Positions 37,682 to 47,546 of a DNA stretch of 64,000 nt are shown one piece after another. The stretch is from an uncultured virus (IMG/VR IMGVR_UViG_3300034407_002805) (taxonomy: Duplodnaviria; Heunggongvirae; Uroviricota; Caudoviricetes), in IMG/VR virus record IMGVR_UViG_3300034407_002805; one strand, given 5' to 3'. The position numbers were made by a program, and so were the translations under genes. The notes below the pieces were generated by a model. That model made no database searches. It was not told where the DNA came from and saw only the letters and a list, made by a program, of their open reading frames with translations. Every line of letters starts with the position of its first letter. The stretch's first letter is position 1.

Positions 37682-40600
37682 TGTCAAGATTCTTTTTTCC
37701 ACGTGTGCAAATATTAATTAAAAATAGTTTAACCAATAAGAGACCTAATAATCTTAGAAAAGGTGAACTAGCATACTCATTTGCAAGTGGTGATTCAGGC
37801 CAGACACTCTACATAGGTTCAGCTGATTCTGGTGTTTCATTCGCCATAGGCGGTGCATTCTTTACCGACATGTTAGATCATACTAAAGGTGTACTAACAC
37901 CAAGTAGTGCGATCATAACAGATGCAAACAATAAGATAGATAAGCTCATTGTCGATAATACTACTATCGATAGTGCTGACATTAGAACAGACGGCAACTT
38001 ATCACTACTTCCATCGGGCGGCAGTGTATTAGTCAGTGGTGACGTCAGGGTTACAGGTCAATTTGTAGGCGTATACGCTGGTTTTGATTCAGACTTTGGA
38101 CTAAAGACTACAGACGATTTAACTGAAGGATCCACTAACCTATATTACACATCTGCACGATCTGATTCAGATACTACAGACTTAGTAGACTCGGCTTACA
38201 TTCGTGCACGTCAACTTACTGACTTACCATATGTAGATTCTGCTATGGTATCACGCATGATTGATTCTGCAACTGGTGGAATCGATTCAGCAGTACTTAC
38301 AAGAATTATAAACTTACAGACAATCGATTCAGCGCAAGTTGATCAAATGTTAGATAGCGCAATAGGTGCGTTTGGCATTGATTCAGCCTCTGTCGATCAA
38401 ATGATTGATAGTGCGCTACAGTTTGCATCCACTAATTCAAGGCCTGGCCAGCACGGTCTGATTGATTCACAAGACGTAGATCAAATGATCGACAGTGCTG
38501 TTTCTAAAACACATATAGACACACTAGAAATTGATGCAGGTACGTTAGACGGAATTAATTCTACGCAATTTTTACGTAGTGATCAAGACGATACCATATC
38601 AGCCAATCTTACAGTTGATTCGAATTTAGTAATAGGCGGACAACTACAAGGTCCTGCTAATTTTATTATTGATCCTGCAACTGTAGGTGATAACACTGGT
38701 ACTGTACAAATACTCGGCAATTTGACAGTTCAGGGTACACAAACAACTATCAACTCAACAACTGTATCTCTCAACGACAAAAATCTCGTACTAGCAGACA
38801 GCGCTGCTGATAGTGCCGCGGCCGACGGGGCTGGACTTACTATCAACGGTGCTGGTGCTACTTTAACATACAGCGCATCACTAGATGATTTTGTATTCAA
38901 TAAGCCTATTACTGCACCTAACATTAACGTTGATACGATTACAGTTACAGAAACAATTGTTGGTGGTTACGCTGGATTCGACTCTGACTTTAATCAAAAG
39001 ACAACTGATAACCTTACAGAGGGTTCAACTAACCTATATCATACAAAAGCAAGAGTTCAAACTCTTCTAGATTCGAGTGGCCATTTAGATTCTAACGCTA
39101 CTGATCAAATGATTGATAGCGCCATAGGTTTCTTGTCTGCAAACTCAAGACCGGGAATACACGGTTTATTAGATTCGACTGACATTGATCAGATGTTGGA
39201 TAGTGCCTTTAGTGCATTTACTCCAGACACTAGTGCATTCACTGCTAACGCTTTGGATTCTAGTGGTGTAGATCAAATGTTAGACAGCGCATTAGGTTTC
39301 ATACAAGGTGCTAGAGTTAGCTTTAATGTTGGTCATGGCGGCTCAGGTAACTATCAATTTACCGGCGATGGATTTCCAGCTTCAGTAGCAAATCCTGCAC
39401 TTTATCTAACAAGAGGTGTTGAGTATTATTTCTACTTAAATGTTAGTGGTCATCCGTTCTACATTAAAACTGTCAATAGCACTGGGACAGGAAATCAATA
39501 TACAGATGGCGTAACAGGTAACGGAAGTGTAGAAGGTGCTTTAATATTCAACGTACCTATGGATGCTCCAAACGTATTGCATTATAACTGTCAAAACCAT
39601 TCTGCTATGAATGGCCCAATCTATATCATGGACCAAAACTCATTCGTGGATTCTGATGAAGTCGACAGAATGATTGACAGTGCAATTACTGGGCCTATCA
39701 GAACTCATATACAATCATTTAATTTTATTGATTCAAATGCAGCTGATCAAATGATTGATAGCGCAATGACTCAAGTCGGTGCAAATACAAGATTACTTAT
39801 AGATTCGAATAAAGCACCTGACTCTGCATCTATCAATAACATGATTGATGTTAGGCTCATACAGACTACCTTAGTGCTTGATTCTAACGCTACTGATCAA
39901 ATGATTGATAGCGCAATAGGATTCTTATCTACGAATTCAAGGCCTGGTATTCATGGTCTCATAGATTCGGTTGACGTAGACCAGATGATTGATAGCGCTA
40001 TCACTGGCCCGATCAGATCACATATACAAGCTTTTGGTTTCTTAGATTCAAATCTAATTGACCAAATGTTCGACAGCCACCAGTCTAACGTTACTCACGG
40101 TGGAGGAGGCGGCGGAGGCGGTCTCGACTCAACAGCTGTCGATCAAATGTTTGACAGTCATCTATCGAATGTTCTGCATAGCGGTGGTGCAGGTGGAGGT
40201 TTAGACTCAAATCCAGTACAAAGAATGATTGACTCAAACGGTGGAGTAGATTCTACCGGTGTTGATCAAATGATAGACAGTGCTATAGGATTCTTATCCA
40301 CGAACTCAAGACCAGGTGTCCATGGCTTATTAGATTCTAATGCCATCGACCAGATGCTGGATAGTGCCTTTAACGCATTTACGCCGGCAACCAGCACCTT
40401 TACAGCACATGCCCTCGACTCTAACGCAGTGGATCAGATGTTTGATAGTCATCTATCGAATGTATTACATGGTGGTACGGGTGGTGGATTAGACTCTAAC
40501 GCTATCGAACAGATGTTAGATAGCCATGAAGCTAACACTACACACGGTGGTAGTGGCACCGGTGGATTAGATTCTGCAGAAGTAATACGTATTACAACAG

Positions 40601-42825
40601 GTACCCCTACTGCTTTAACATATACAAACTTCACAGTTACTGCAGACAGCAACCAAGGTGAATTTACTAGGGACAGTGATGATAATCCTATATCGATAGA
40701 CACTAGTCAATTCCAAGTATTCTTAAACGGTCTGCTTTTACCAGAAGATGAATACACATCTACTAGTAGTTCAATAACACTACGTACAGTTACTGACTCG
40801 GGTGATCAGTTACAAGTAGTAAAAACAAACGGAAATTTATCACCACTCAATCAAACGATATTTGAGTTTGCTGTAGAAAGTGACAACACTACTACGTTTA
40901 CTGGTAGCGATAGAAATAGTAGATCACTAACATTCAATAATTCAAATCAGCAATCTGTTTTCATAAACGGTATTTTACAAACTTCTGAAGACTTTAGCAT
41001 TAACACTTCTACAAATACGCTAACATTAAACGTTGGTGCTGATTCTGGAGATCTAGTACAGATAGTTAGGCTGTCTGGTACTTCATTAAGCAATGGATTA
41101 GATTCTACTGCAGTAGACCAAATGTTTGACAGTCACTTGTCTAATGTTCTTCATGGTGGAGGAGTTGGTAGCCTTGATTCTAACGCTGTTGATCAAATGT
41201 TTGATAGTGCTGTTGGATTCCTATCGACAAATTCAAGACCTGGCGTACATGGATTGATTGACTCACTAGATGTTGATCAAATGTTGGATAGTGCCGTAGG
41301 ATTCTTGTCTACTAACTCACGTCCTGGTGTGCATGGTTTACTAGATTCCAATGATATTGACCAGATGTTGGATAGTGCTTTTGGCGCATTTACTCCTGCC
41401 ACTGCAACATTTACAGCGCACGCCTTAGACTCAAACGCCGTTGATCAAATGTTTGACAGTCACCTGTCTAACGTTACTCATGGTGGTGGTGGAGGTGGAG
41501 GCCTCGATTCTGCTGCAGTAAGACTTATTGCTGACAGTGGTAATCCGCGCGTCGAACCTGTGGAATTTAAACAGACACAATTCTTCTTTAGAGCTGATAG
41601 TGTAGAAAGAGACTTCTTTGCAGACAGTGATGGCAATGCATTATCACTAGACTCAGGTGCATTCCAAGTTTACCTAAATGGTATACTACTGCCACAGATG
41701 GAATATCATAATACTAAGACGTCTTTCCACTTGGCCACAAGTGCAGATTCCGGTGACAATATAAACTTGATTAAGTTTACAGGTAATAACGTTGAGTTAA
41801 CTAAGCGTGGACTAACTGAAACTAAGTTCTTCTATACAACCGCGTCTCCAACGACTTCAATCACCGGTGCAGATGACAATGGCCTGACACTTGATTATTC
41901 TACAGGTTTGATAGACGTATTCTTAAATGGTTTACTACTAAAAGATTCAGATGACTTTACTACAAATGGCGCCGGCAATACAGTAACTTTAGTATCTCAA
42001 ACAGATTCGAATGATTTAGTTACAATCGTAAATCGTAAGGGTGTTGTAGTTACACCTTCACTAAAAACTTTTGAATACACAGCAACAGCGGGTCAAACAC
42101 AGTTTAGTGGACTCGCACTTGATAGTTCTACACTATCATATGCACCCGGTGCAATACAAGTTTACTTGAACGGTGTGTTGTTAAGAGAAGAAGACTTTAG
42201 TGCAACAAATGGCACTACCGTAACGTTAACTAGCGCCGCAGCTTTGAACGACGAATTAGTAATATCTACATTCTCAACACCAGGTGCTAATTTAACACTC
42301 TTTAAATTTACTGCTTCTGCAAGTCAGACAGTATTCAGTGGCACAGATACCGCTGGTAACAGACTATCATATATGCCTGGAAATGAACAGGTATTCTTAA
42401 ACGGATTGTTACTCAATGATTCTGATGATTACGTTGCCACGAATGGTGTATCAGTAATATTAAACGTTGCGGCTAACGTCAACGATGAACTTAAAGTTGC
42501 ATCATTCGTACACAATACTAATAACTTAGTGGTTAACCCTTGGTCTGCACCTGCTGCTTCTAATAATGCTTCGGCCGGTGACAAACTCTTTGTTAATACT
42601 CTCACTGGCGCTAAGACAGTAACGTTGCCCGGTACAGCAAGTATGGGTGATGAGATTCGAATCATAGACGCAGAAGGTAACGCTAATAATAATAACATAA
42701 CAATCGCAAGAAACAGTCATAAAATTATGGCAGCTGATTCAGACCTTGTAATAAATACAAGTAGAGCTGCAGTAGGCTTAGTCTACTATAATGATTCTAA
42801 CGGCTGGCTACTTATAGAGAACTAA
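37681..42825 (+). CDS. long tail fibre / whisker protein with DS repeats and a cupredoxin-like domain
   Basis: GELAYS N-terminus, TTDxLTEGSTNLY repeats, DSxxxDQMxDS repeats, six V(F/Y)(L/I)NG domains, C-terminal GWLL domain. Confidence 0.85.
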   Translation: MSRFFFPRVQILIKNSLTNKRPNNLRKGELAYSFASGDSGQTLYIGSADSGVSFAIGGAFFTDMLDHTKGVLTPSSAIITDANNKIDKLIVDNTTIDSADIRTDGNLSLLPSGGSVLVSGDVRVTGQFVGVYAGFDSDFGLKTTDDLTEGSTNLYYTSARSDSDTTDLVDSAYIRARQLTDLPYVDSAMVSRMIDSATGGIDSAVLTRIINLQTIDSAQVDQMLDSAIGAFGIDSASVDQMIDSALQFASTNSRPGQHGLIDSQDVDQMIDSAVSKTHIDTLEIDAGTLDGINSTQFLRSDQDDTISANLTVDSNLVIGGQLQGPANFIIDPATVGDNTGTVQILGNLTVQGTQTTINSTTVSLNDKNLVLADSAADSAAADGAGLTINGAGATLTYSASLDDFVFNKPITAPNINVDTITVTETIVGGYAGFDSDFNQKTTDNLTEGSTNLYHTKARVQTLLDSSGHLDSNATDQMIDSAIGFLSANSRPGIHGLLDSTDIDQMLDSAFSAFTPDTSAFTANALDSSGVDQMLDSALGFIQGARVSFNVGHGGSGNYQFTGDGFPASVANPALYLTRGVEYYFYLNVSGHPFYIKTVNSTGTGNQYTDGVTGNGSVEGALIFNVPMDAPNVLHYNCQNHSAMNGPIYIMDQNSFVDSDEVDRMIDSAITGPIRTHIQSFNFIDSNAADQMIDSAMTQVGANTRLLIDSNKAPDSASINNMIDVRLIQTTLVLDSNATDQMIDSAIGFLSTNSRPGIHGLIDSVDVDQMIDSAITGPIRSHIQAFGFLDSNLIDQMFDSHQSNVTHGGGGGGGGLDSTAVDQMFDSHLSNVLHSGGAGGGLDSNPVQRMIDSNGGVDSTGVDQMIDSAIGFLSTNSRPGVHGLLDSNAIDQMLDSAFNAFTPATSTFTAHALDSNAVDQMFDSHLSNVLHGGTGGGLDSNAIEQMLDSHEANTTHGGSGTGGLDSAEVIRITTGTPTALTYTNFTVTADSNQGEFTRDSDDNPISIDTSQFQVFLNGLLLPEDEYTSTSSSITLRTVTDSGDQLQVVKTNGNLSPLNQTIFEFAVESDNTTTFTGSDRNSRSLTFNNSNQQSVFINGILQTSEDFSINTSTNTLTLNVGADSGDLVQIVRLSGTSLSNGLDSTAVDQMFDSHLSNVLHGGGVGSLDSNAVDQMFDSAVGFLSTNSRPGVHGLIDSLDVDQMLDSAVGFLSTNSRPGVHGLLDSNDIDQMLDSAFGAFTPATATFTAHALDSNAVDQMFDSHLSNVTHGGGGGGGLDSAAVRLIADSGNPRVEPVEFKQTQFFFRADSVERDFFADSDGNALSLDSGAFQVYLNGILLPQMEYHNTKTSFHLATSADSGDNINLIKFTGNNVELTKRGLTETKFFYTTASPTTSITGADDNGLTLDYSTGLIDVFLNGLLLKDSDDFTTNGAGNTVTLVSQTDSNDLVTIVNRKGVVVTPSLKTFEYTATAGQTQFSGLALDSSTLSYAPGAIQVYLNGVLLREEDFSATNGTTVTLTSAAALNDELVISTFSTPGANLTLFKFTASASQTVFSGTDTAGNRLSYMPGNEQVFLNGLLLNDSDDYVATNGVSVILNVAANVNDELKVASFVHNTNNLVVNPWSAPAASNNASAGDKLFVNTLTGAKTVTLPGTASMGDEIRIIDAEGNANNNNITIARNSHKIMAADSDLVINTSRAAVGLVYYNDSNGWLLIEN

Positions 42826-42826
42826 A

Positions 42827-43177
42827 ATGGCATTACGCGGAGATCTAGAAACTACAAGAAACAGGGCTGATCCTAGTGCAGCAAAAGCATGGGTAAATGC
42901 AAATAATGATGCGTCTACTAATAGCACCTTTAATATTTCAGGTTCTACAGATCATGATGTTGGCCAGTTTTCTTATAATCTGACAAATGCATTTACCGCA
43001 ACAAATGATTTTTCACAGGTTGCAGTAATGGGTGGAGTTGGTGGTGGATGGAGTGTTTCAAGATTTAACACTTATCACGCTGCAAATAAGTTAGCTGTGC
43101 GAGTAGTCAACGGCACTAGCAGCCATGCAGACGGAGATGCTGGACATAACATAATTGCAACAGGAAGTTTAGCATGA
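42827..43177 (+). CDS. fibre-tip-like virion protein
   Basis: AKAWVN...FNISG.TD..VG motif; paralogue of 58922..59254. Confidence 0.65.
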   Translation: MALRGDLETTRNRADPSAAKAWVNANNDASTNSTFNISGSTDHDVGQFSYNLTNAFTATNDFSQVAVMGGVGGGWSVSRFNTYHAANKLAVRVVNGTSSHADGDAGHNIIATGSLA

Positions 43178-44331
43178 GTAATACTAGAAGCATTGCACAT
43201 TTGCTTGGGCAGAATAATGACGCAACGAGGTTTGTTGACTCTGCAGATGTTGACGATATTGTTTTGAACTCAGCATATCTAAATAATAGAAATTTAATCA
43301 TTAATGGTGCCATGCAAGTGTCGCAGCGTACTATGGGACAAGATGTAACTGGTCTAACTTCAGGCGGTATACATCAATGTGACAGATGGTACAATCAAAT
43401 ATCTGGTGCCGGCACATTTACTATACAAAAAGATAGTGGTGATCATCCTAATGAGTTTGGTGAATCAATAAAATATGATTGTACAACAGCAAATGGTAGT
43501 TTAGGTTCGTCTGCTGAATTAATACTTTATCAAAAAATTGAAGGTAGACATTTACAACACTTAGGATTTGGAACTTCAAGTGCAAAGGATCTTACACTTT
43601 CTTTTCACGTAAAATCTAATCTAACAGGAACTTTAACTGCCGAACTTTATAATATAGATCCTGCTACTAACAGACATTGTTCAAAAACATACACTATTGG
43701 CGCAGCCAACACTTGGGAATATAAGACTATAACTTATCCTGGTGACACATCTCAAGCATTTGATAATGATAACACAGTTGGTTTATACATGTTACTGTGG
43801 CTTGGAGCAGGTTCCAGTTTATCTAGTGGTACATTGCAAAGTTCTGCCTTTGGAGATGTTACTACTGCTAATAGGGTATCATCAAGTAATCTTAATTTAG
43901 CATCAAGTACAGATAATTATATAGCATTTACTGGAGTACAACTAGAAGCAGGTAGTAAAGCTACACCTTTTGAACATAAAACTTTTGAAGGCTATGAACA
44001 TGATTGTGCGAGATATTATCATAGCGTAAGAGAGGGTTCAGGCGCATATATGATTTTTACTACTGGTCGTGCTTGGGGAACTGGTGGTGCAAACGGACCT
44101 TATAAATTTCCGAGGCCTATGGCAAAATCACCTACAATGACTGCTGGTGGCGCAGCTGGCGATTATGATTTTAGTTTAAGTGGTGTTCCTACTGCAGGTT
44201 CAGTTACACACAATAATGACATGATGGTGATTAATGTTACTGGTTCTTTTACTAGTGGACAAATAATAGTAATAGGTTCAAATGCTGATGGATATGGGCC
44301 TGCTGAACTTAAATTTGATGCGGAGATATAA
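43174..44331 (+). CDS. fibre / carbohydrate-binding-like virion protein
   Basis: NRNLIINGAMQVSQR, DRW, TGVQLEAGSKATPFEH and C.RYY. Confidence 0.75.
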   Translation: MSNTRSIAHLLGQNNDATRFVDSADVDDIVLNSAYLNNRNLIINGAMQVSQRTMGQDVTGLTSGGIHQCDRWYNQISGAGTFTIQKDSGDHPNEFGESIKYDCTTANGSLGSSAELILYQKIEGRHLQHLGFGTSSAKDLTLSFHVKSNLTGTLTAELYNIDPATNRHCSKTYTIGAANTWEYKTITYPGDTSQAFDNDNTVGLYMLLWLGAGSSLSSGTLQSSAFGDVTTANRVSSSNLNLASSTDNYIAFTGVQLEAGSKATPFEHKTFEGYEHDCARYYHSVREGSGAYMIFTTGRAWGTGGANGPYKFPRPMAKSPTMTAGGAAGDYDFSLSGVPTAGSVTHNNDMMVINVTGSFTSGQIIVIGSNADGYGPAELKFDAEI

Positions 44332-44526
44332 ATGCAACCTGAAACATTTACTTTTACAAATGTAAAATATATTAGAGGACAGTCTGGTCCACAAGAAGCA
44401 ATAAGATTTACTTGTGATGGCGTTGATAATATGTCTGTAGCTAATCCTGCAGTTGGAAATAGACATTACGATGATTTAATGAAACAAGTAGCGGCAGGAA
44501 CTATTACAATTGCAGACGCTGATTAA
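44332..44526 (+). CDS. small fibre-associated protein
   Basis: GNRHY......V.AG.ITIADAD ending. Confidence 0.7.
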   Translation: MQPETFTFTNVKYIRGQSGPQEAIRFTCDGVDNMSVANPAVGNRHYDDLMKQVAAGTITIADAD

Positions 44527-44538
44527 GAGAAAAAAACA

Positions 44539-44546
44539 TATAAATA
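44539..44546 (+). promoter_or_regulatory. late promoter TATAAATA for g13
   Basis: Exact consensus. Confidence 0.75.
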
Positions 44547-44577
44547 GTCAAAAGATTCTTTACTTTGGAGACTATTT

Positions 44578-45333
44578 ATGGCAAATCCAACTTCTAGGGA
44601 TACGCTGATTGATTATTGTAAAAGGCAACTAGGTGACCCAGTACTAGAAATCAATGTAGATGAAGATCAAATCGAAGATCGCATTGATGAAGCCCTACAG
44701 TATTATCAAGAATATCATTCAGATGCCACGATTAGGACATATCTGAAACACCTCGTTACATCTGACGACGTGACCAATGAGTATATTCCTATTTCGAGTA
44801 ATGTACTATACGTTTCAAGATTGTTTCCAGTATCCAGCTCATTCAACAATTCTTTTAATTTCTTTGACATCAAATATCAAATGATGCTCAACGACATAGC
44901 TGACTTACAAAATTTTGCTGGTGACTTAGCATACTACGAACAGATGCAGCAGTATCTTTCAATCCTTGATATGAAGTTAAACGGTCACCCACAAACTACG
45001 TTTGCTCGACATCAAGATCGTCTTTACATACACGGTGAATTTCACAATGGCGATATTAAAGCAGATGAATACATCGTAGCAGAAATATATTCAGTGTTAG
45101 ATCCAGATACACACACATCAATTTACAACGACTTGTGGCTAAAAGAGTATGCAACTGCTCTCATAAAGCGTCAATGGGGTATGAACCTATTGAAATTCGA
45201 TGGCGTCCAACTTCCTGGTGGAGTGTTGCTCAATGGACGTCAGCTTTATGATGATGCCACAGCAGACATAGATAGGTTAAGAGAGAGAATTAGAAGCGAG
45301 TTTGAACTACCGGCAGACTTTTTTATGGGTTAG
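44578..45333 (+). CDS. g13: neck protein gp13
   Basis: LIDYCKRQLG.PVLEINVD, WLKEYATALIKRQWG.NL.KF.GVQLPGGV.LNG. Confidence 0.93.
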   Translation: MANPTSRDTLIDYCKRQLGDPVLEINVDEDQIEDRIDEALQYYQEYHSDATIRTYLKHLVTSDDVTNEYIPISSNVLYVSRLFPVSSSFNNSFNFFDIKYQMMLNDIADLQNFAGDLAYYEQMQQYLSILDMKLNGHPQTTFARHQDRLYIHGEFHNGDIKADEYIVAEIYSVLDPDTHTSIYNDLWLKEYATALIKRQWGMNLLKFDGVQLPGGVLLNGRQLYDDATADIDRLRERIRSEFELPADFFMG

Positions 45334-45337
45334 TTAA

Positions 45338-45934
45338 ATGGCTAGAAACTTTTACTTCTCGGAAAAAGTCAGGTCGGAGATGGACCTGTATGAAGATATT
45401 ATTATCGAGTCCATGAAAATATATGGGCAAGATGTATATTACTTACCGAGAACAATCGTAAATGAAGATAAGATACTAGGTGATGACGTTGCTTCATCAT
45501 TCGATGACGCATATAAAATTGAAATGTACATTGAAAATGCTGAGGGTTTTGACGGTGAGGGTGATCTCTTTACTAAGTTTGGTGTTGAAATTAGAGATGA
45601 AGCAACTTTTATCGTTGCTAGACGTAGGTGGAAGAACACTGTTCGTCGTGCTGCTAACGCCATACAAGGTGATAGACCTAGCGAAGGTGATTTAATTTAC
45701 TTGCCTCTTTCTAAATCATTGTTTCAAATAAATCACGTAGAGCACGAACAACCTTTCTATGCTATCGAGAATCTACCTACATTCAAGTTAAGATGTCAGC
45801 TGTTCGAATATGTCGGTGAAGATCTCGATACTGGAATTGATACAATAGACGATATAGAAAAAGAATATGCTTACAGATATAACTTAAGACTAAAGTTGCC
45901 TAAGAATGCAACAGGAACTGCGAGTATTTTATAA
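45338..45934 (+). CDS. g14: neck protein gp14 (conserved N-terminal domain)
   Basis: IYGQDVYYLPR, KFGVEIRD, RPSEGDLIY and VEHEQPFY. Confidence 0.9.
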   Translation: MARNFYFSEKVRSEMDLYEDIIIESMKIYGQDVYYLPRTIVNEDKILGDDVASSFDDAYKIEMYIENAEGFDGEGDLFTKFGVEIRDEATFIVARRRWKNTVRRAANAIQGDRPSEGDLIYLPLSKSLFQINHVEHEQPFYAIENLPTFKLRCQLFEYVGEDLDTGIDTIDDIEKEYAYRYNLRLKLPKNATGTASIL

Positions 45935-46752
45935 TGGCGGCTAAGGGTGTTAATACTTTAACTATCACTGATAGTGGCGAAAGATTTAGTTTTTCGCCGT
46001 ATGTAAAGTTTACTTTACCTGATGAAGATTCGAGAAATGCTGGTGGTTTAATAACACTCGATGATTCTGGTAAAATAGCTTCAATTACAATTACAGATAG
46101 TGGCAACTATTACACATCAGCTCCAACTGTGACTGTTGCAACAGACAGCGCTAATGATAGTGCAGCTGTAACTGCATTGATTACGCGAGGACAGGTTTCT
46201 GGTTTTACCATTACCGATTCAGGTTTTGGCATGGATTCGTGTAGATTAATAATCACCGCACCTACCGGTACACCAGGTGATTTTGTTGCACAAGCTAGGA
46301 CACTCATAGATTCAAGTGCAGAAAAAGTATCACAACTTATTTTAGTTGATAGTGGAAACTTCTATCTAAATGCACCTACTATGACAATCCATGGTGGTAG
46401 CAATATAGAAAGTAGTTATGAAAGAGGTGATGCAATTGAACAAACTCTTTCAACTGGTGTTAAGATTAGAGGTGAAGTTCTAGGTTACTTGCTCGATTCA
46501 GACGGCGATTCTGCAAGAGTACTGAGTGTTGGCCATGTTGGTGCAGACGACGGAAAGTTTAGAGAATTTGTAGTAAATAGAGACATCATAAATACTAGTC
46601 AGGCATTCACTACTGGGCTCGAGGTAGTAGGAGTTGATGAGGAAAATAACATGTCAGAGAATGAACAAAACGAGTTCTTTACAACATCTGATATTGATGA
46701 CTTCTTAAACTTCAGTGAAGATAACCCATTTGGTGATCCGGAGAATCAATAA
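45934..46752 (+). CDS. DS-rich protein resembling a detached gp14 C-terminal extension
   Basis: ITDSGxxYTSAPTV repeats; ends FSEDNPFGDP; 12 DS. Confidence 0.7.
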   Translation: MAAKGVNTLTITDSGERFSFSPYVKFTLPDEDSRNAGGLITLDDSGKIASITITDSGNYYTSAPTVTVATDSANDSAAVTALITRGQVSGFTITDSGFGMDSCRLIITAPTGTPGDFVAQARTLIDSSAEKVSQLILVDSGNFYLNAPTMTIHGGSNIESSYERGDAIEQTLSTGVKIRGEVLGYLLDSDGDSARVLSVGHVGADDGKFREFVVNRDIINTSQAFTTGLEVVGVDEENNMSENEQNEFFTTSDIDDFLNFSEDNPFGDPENQ

Positions 46753-47546
46753 TGTTTGGTGGACATTTTTATCACGAAAGAATTAGAAAATCAGTTGCTG
46801 TATTCGGCAGACTGTTTAATAACCTATACGTGGTAAGAAAAGACGCGTCTGGTGGTGTGCTAAATCAAATGAAAGTTCCACTTTCTTACGCTCCAAAGAA
46901 TAAATTTTTAGACAGGATTAGAGAACAACAAAGTTTAATTGATGACACTAAAGTGGCGATTAAACTTCCACGTATGGCTTTTGAAATTACAGACATATCA
47001 TATGACTTAACAAGACAGCTCACTAAGGTAAGTAACTTTAATACAGTAGGTAACACCAGAGAAACACGAAATAAGTTCTTTTCACCTGTACCATATAACA
47101 TTGGCTTTGCTTTAAATATATTTGCTAAAAGCCAAGATGACGCTTTACAATTAGTTGAGCAGATTGTACCTACATTCAATCCTCAATACACAATATCGAT
47201 ATTTCCATTCAAAGATATTTACCCGACCTTTGTTGAGGACGTACCGATTGTCATAACAAGTGTTTCATTTAGCGACGACTTTGAAGGTCAGTTAGAAACA
47301 CGAAGAACTATAATATACACATTAACATTTGAAATGAAAGTTCAATTTTATGGAAACATAGAGAATAAAAATATTATTCGTAAGTCACAGGCAAATGTGT
47401 TCCAATCGAAATCAGGTTTAGGTGGTGATTCAGATGTATACTTAGAAAGAGTAACAATCACACCGAATCCTTTGACAGCGATAGGTATGCCGGACAGTGA
47501 CTTTGGTTTCACCGAAGAAATTAAACTAGGAGTGGATAGCGCATAA
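46752..47546 (+). CDS. g15: tail sheath stabiliser gp15
   Basis: FYHERIRKSV.VFG.LFNN, KVPLSYAPK, LPRMAFE and RRTIIYTLTF. Confidence 0.93.
   Translation: MFGGHFYHERIRKSVAVFGRLFNNLYVVRKDASGGVLNQMKVPLSYAPKNKFLDRIREQQSLIDDTKVAIKLPRMAFEITDISYDLTRQLTKVSNFNTVGNTRETRNKFFSPVPYNIGFALNIFAKSQDDALQLVEQIVPTFNPQYTISIFPFKDIYPTFVEDVPIVITSVSFSDDFEGQLETRRTIIYTLTFEMKVQFYGNIENKNIIRKSQANVFQSKSGLGGDSDVYLERVTITPNPLTAIGMPDSDFGFTEEIKLGVDSA

Noticed and set aside
38190..41540. Fibre repeats as a CRISPR array or DGR template/variable repeats
   Set aside because: Repeats are in frame, conserved at amino-acid level with synonymous variation at all bases; no cas or reverse transcriptase gene in the window
45920..45940. 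Programmed frameshift at the g14 split
   Set aside because: No canonical slippery heptamer; TAATG coupling explains the junction
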